From Candidatus Binatia bacterium (GTDB lineage Bacteria; Desulfobacterota; Binatia; Bin18): a stretch of DNA of 64,000 bases. This document shows positions 61,184-64,000 of the stretch, one piece after another. Under the pieces are notes generated by a model, which saw only the letters and a program-made list of their open reading frames with translations, was not told the origin of the DNA and searched no databases. Where the stretch lies: the NCBI GenBank assembly GCA_963664395.2, contig OY761159.2, positions 3,200,001-3,264,000 of the forward strand, written 5' to 3'. The stretch's first letter is position 1. Each line of letters opens with the position of its first letter. The position numbers were made by a program, and so were the translations under genes.

Positions 61184-63061
61184 CTACTCCACAGCCGTAA
61201 TCATGAAGTTCTGACTGTTCTGTTGCCACTCCAGCGTGACGGATTCTTCGTCACCCGGCCAGTCTTCCACGATGCAGGTAGCAGGCAAAATATCTCGCAC
61301 AAACTCCTCGCCCAGGGTCGTGACGGTAAAGGTTGCTCGTCCAAATTCGACATTATCCGCATAAGCTACGACTTCATGCTCTCCGTCACCCAACAGATTA
61401 TAATTGAAGAGTAGTCCGAACCCGTTATCTGTGTCGCCACACATCGCCTCGGTGTCCATTCTGTCGGTGCCATACGAGGCCACTTGTTTCTCTCCGTTCA
61501 ACTCGATCTCGACTTCCTCGGCCTCGCATACCCAGCCCGAAATGAGTCCAACCCCGCTTTGAAAGGAATCCATTCCTGGATTCTCCAGAGAGTAAACAGG
61601 AGATTCCGGTCCTAATTGGGTTTCATCGTCAGGGCTAGAGTCAGGAGTCGTATTTGTTGAAGAAGAATTTCCACTTCTGTTTCCGCCGCCGCCGCCACCA
61701 CCACCACCGCCGCCACCCGTGCTCCCGCCCGTACTGCCACCTCCACTACCGACACTACCGCCACTACTTCCGGTCCGTGTTTCTACTGGAGTTGTAGACG
61801 AATCGGTCTCTTCTTGCGTCGGTTCCGGTTCGGTACAACTAGGATCATCCCACACTGTTACATCAGGAACGCTTTCAATGTGTGTAGCGCTTTCTGTAAA
61901 GTTCGAGGGCGCGGGGGAATGAGGCCAATTTATAGTAGGCGGACCACAAGCCTCATTCACTAAATCAATGACCCGAATGGTAAAGTCTGCCTCGTCCACT
62001 CCGCCATCAGCATCCGTTACCCGAAACGTCAAGTGGTATTCACTTTTAGTTTCATAATCAAATGCCTGTGTCGAATACATCAATCCATTAGGTCGGCCGT
62101 TTCCAGGATCAACACTGCCAGAAAGCATGCGGAACGCTGAAGCATCTACACCTAACAGCTCATAGGTCCAATCATTACGGGCACCGTCTATGTCTTCCCG
62201 ATCTTCCACGTCCGGCCAGTCACAACAGATAACAGTATCAGCCGGGGCATTTTCAAAAATGCGCAAGTTGCTCAGGTCCGATTCCTCAATCACGGGAAGA
62301 TTATTGACTGACTCATCTTCATCAGTCACGTACACGCGAAAAGTGTTTGAGATCTCCAAGGATGAATCAGAAGGTCGTATGACGCTCGAAGACCCACAGG
62401 AAGTTACCTCTGGTTGGGCATCTCGCTTATCCCACGCTGTGATGGTGTATTCATAATACGGTCCCTTTTCGTCTACAAAGGGTGCTTTCTCGTAGTCGAA
62501 ACCGCCGCCATATCTCACAAACTGTACGAGTCCCGCGTCATACGTCCTTGCGTCTTTATGAAAGACGTATCCTTCCTCGCTGAAAGGATGCGTGGGGTGT
62601 GTTCCAGCAGTTATCCCAATACCGCCAGCACGCATACTTACTACGCCACCGCTTTCAACAAGGTAGCAAGTGGAAGGGTTTTCAAATGCGAAGTCCCTGT
62701 CAAAAAGGGGTATCTGATGCAGGTATCCTGAAAAATGGCCCAATTCCAAGTCCGCTCCAGATGAAGCCCATCCGTACCATTCCGAAAGTGTGAGGGTATA
62801 GTCTACCCCAGGGTCGCCCAACGCTCTTGGCAGATGGCGATGGTCCTCATCTTCGTCATACAGCCTTGAAGAATCAGAATGGTAGGGGTCGGGCTTAATA
62901 TCGACCACGCCGCGTTCACAGCCATTTGTGCTCAAAGTGTAGTCCTCTTCTAAGCAGGGGTTGCCCCTGTGCGCTTCCGCATAGGGCGCTAGAAGAAACA
63001 TGAAACCAAACAAAATAGACAAAAACATAAGTGGTCCTTTTCTGCTTTCTTTATTCGACAT
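61184..63061 (-). CDS. Secreted cadherin-like domain protein with Gly/Ser linker and shared C-terminal domain
   Basis: Signal peptide (MFLSILFGFMFLLAPYAEA), FDYE motifs, poly-Gly linker, LENPG..QNSQNFMITAVE; start 63061 or 63028. Confidence 0.8.
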   Translation of the reverse strand: MSNKESRKGPLMFLSILFGFMFLLAPYAEAHRGNPCLEEDYTLSTNGCERGVVDIKPDPYHSDSSRLYDEDEDHRHLPRALGDPGVDYTLTLSEWYGWASSGADLELGHFSGYLHQIPLFDRDFAFENPSTCYLVESGGVVSMRAGGIGITAGTHPTHPFSEEGYVFHKDARTYDAGLVQFVRYGGGFDYEKAPFVDEKGPYYEYTITAWDKRDAQPEVTSCGSSSVIRPSDSSLEISNTFRVYVTDEDESVNNLPVIEESDLSNLRIFENAPADTVICCDWPDVEDREDIDGARNDWTYELLGVDASAFRMLSGSVDPGNGRPNGLMYSTQAFDYETKSEYHLTFRVTDADGGVDEADFTIRVIDLVNEACGPPTINWPHSPAPSNFTESATHIESVPDVTVWDDPSCTEPEPTQEETDSSTTPVETRTGSSGGSVGSGGGSTGGSTGGGGGGGGGGGGNRSGNSSSTNTTPDSSPDDETQLGPESPVYSLENPGMDSFQSGVGLISGWVCEAEEVEIELNGEKQVASYGTDRMDTEAMCGDTDNGFGLLFNYNLLGDGEHEVVAYADNVEFGRATFTVTTLGEEFVRDILPATCIVEDWPGDEESVTLEWQQNSQNFMITAVE

Positions 63062-63248
63062 CCGTAATCGCAAAGTTCTGAACGCTCTGTTGCCATTCCA
63101 GGGTAACGGTCCTGCCCAGCGTCGGGAAATCTCCAACAACACATTCGCCTTCAACGCCACGCAGAAACTCTTCTCCCGTGGATGGTGTAGTCCCCGACCC
63201 CTGGATAAGAGTCCTATACTGCTACAGCAAGGACGCGGTCCTTGTCCC

Positions 63249-63401
63249 CTATCAGATGATAGAAAAATGATTCGGTCCGGGGCATGCGCAGGAGCGCGTG
63301 CACAAGACGGTCTGCCAGAAGACGATCTCTTGCCGGTACCGATAAGCCACCGGCCATGAATGTGCTCTGCCTTTGCGGGCATGAGAGGGTGGGCAAGTCC
63401 C
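63249..63401. repeat. Intact conserved intergenic unit: CTATCA-GA-TGATAG palindrome plus 108-nt element
   Basis: Contiguous version of the pieces found at 60430-60461 and 61076-61183. Confidence 0.8.
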
Positions 63402-64000
63402 CTACTCCACATCCGTAATCACAAAGTTCTGACTATTCTGTTGCCATTCCAAGGTGACCGTCTGGGCCACTGTCGGGAAGTCCTCAACGACACATTCCCC
63501 CGCGACCCCCCGTAGAAACTCTTCTCCCAGGGTCGTCACCCGCACCGTGGCCCGGCCTAACTCTACGTCATCCACATAGGCGACGACTTCATGCTCCCCG
63601 TCCCCCAATAGGTTCCAGTTGAACAAGAGGCCAAACCCATTGTCCGTGTCCCCACACGCCGGCTCCGTGTCCACCCGCTCGGTGCCATACGCCGCCACCT
63701 GCCGCCCGGCGGTCCCAATCGCAAGCTCCACCGCGTCGGCGTCACACACCCAGCCCGAGAGCACCCGGACCCCACTCTGAAAGGAGTTATGCCCAGGATT
63801 CTCCAGAACCCCCGGCAGGGCGCTCGTCCCGCCCGTGGTGACACCGGCCGGGGGACTCCCCTCGGTAATCACAAAGTTCTGGCTGGTCTGCTGCCACGCC
63901 AGCGTCACCGTCTTGCCGAGCAGGGGGAAGTCGTCCACCACACACTCGCCCGCCACGCCCCGCAGAAACTCCGCGCCCAGGGTCGTGACCGTCACCGTGG
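63402..64000 (-). CDS. 3' end of another surface protein with tandem shared C-terminal domains (partial)
   Basis: Ends LENPGHNSFQSGVRVLSGWVC..WQQNSQNFVITDVE, nearly identical to the end of the 52474 gene. Confidence 0.85.
   Translation of the reverse strand, partial: TVTVTTLGAEFLRGVAGECVVDDFPLLGKTVTLAWQQTSQNFVITEGSPPAGVTTGGTSALPGVLENPGHNSFQSGVRVLSGWVCDADAVELAIGTAGRQVAAYGTERVDTEPACGDTDNGFGLLFNWNLLGDGEHEVVAYVDDVELGRATVRVTTLGEEFLRGVAGECVVEDFPTVAQTVTLEWQQNSQNFVITDVE

Noticed and set aside
63246-63266. A genuine tetO site or vector contamination
   Set aside because: The centre is 2 nt rather than 1, there are three native-context copies, and no tet genes are present
63062-63412. N-terminal extension of the 742-aa ORF and small ORF 63214-63396
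   Set aside because: They run through the repeated intergenic unit; the signal peptide begins near 63061/63028
52474-64000. C-terminal domain repeats as DGR template/variable repeats or a CRISPR array
   Set aside because: The repeats are ~400-nt in-frame coding domains, differences are not adenine-restricted, and there is no repeat-spacer periodicity

Overview
Moderately GC-rich bacterial chromosomal window. The background is catabolic and redox genes: four luciferase-like monooxygenases, three CaiB/BaiF CoA-transferases, acyl-CoA dehydrogenase, thiolase, MaoC dehydratases, a P450, peroxiredoxins and a tcuA-like/ICL-PEPM/PrpD cluster. This content, together with giant cadherin/Calx-beta/FN3 surface proteins, resembles sponge-associated Binatota/Tectomicrobia-like symbionts (inference only). 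Several accessory modules sit in this background. (1) An AT-richer islet (~18.8-21.7 kb) carries a retron-type reverse transcriptase, a compact structured upstream ncRNA candidate and a convergent, lesion-bearing gene that appears to fuse a TIR domain to a degenerate DUF3800/RNase H-like domain; this is the best candidate for an undescribed anti-phage system. (2) An ABC-type AAA ATPase + PD-(D/E)XK-like gene pair. (3) A complete nurA-herA-sbcD(mre11)-sbcC(rad50) operon. (4) Two tandem, highly similar TonB-dependent receptors. (5) From ~52.4 kb to the window end, a head-to-tail array of secreted-protein genes with unrelated N-termini but one shared ~135-aa C-terminal domain, a shared 3' non-coding element and a recurring CTATCA-NN-TGATAG palindrome; one unit has a metalloprotease prodomain apparently encoded as a separate gene. 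Several genes carry stops, frameshifts or deletions. No rRNA, tRNA or CRISPR array was seen. All family assignments come from motif recognition by eye, not database searches.
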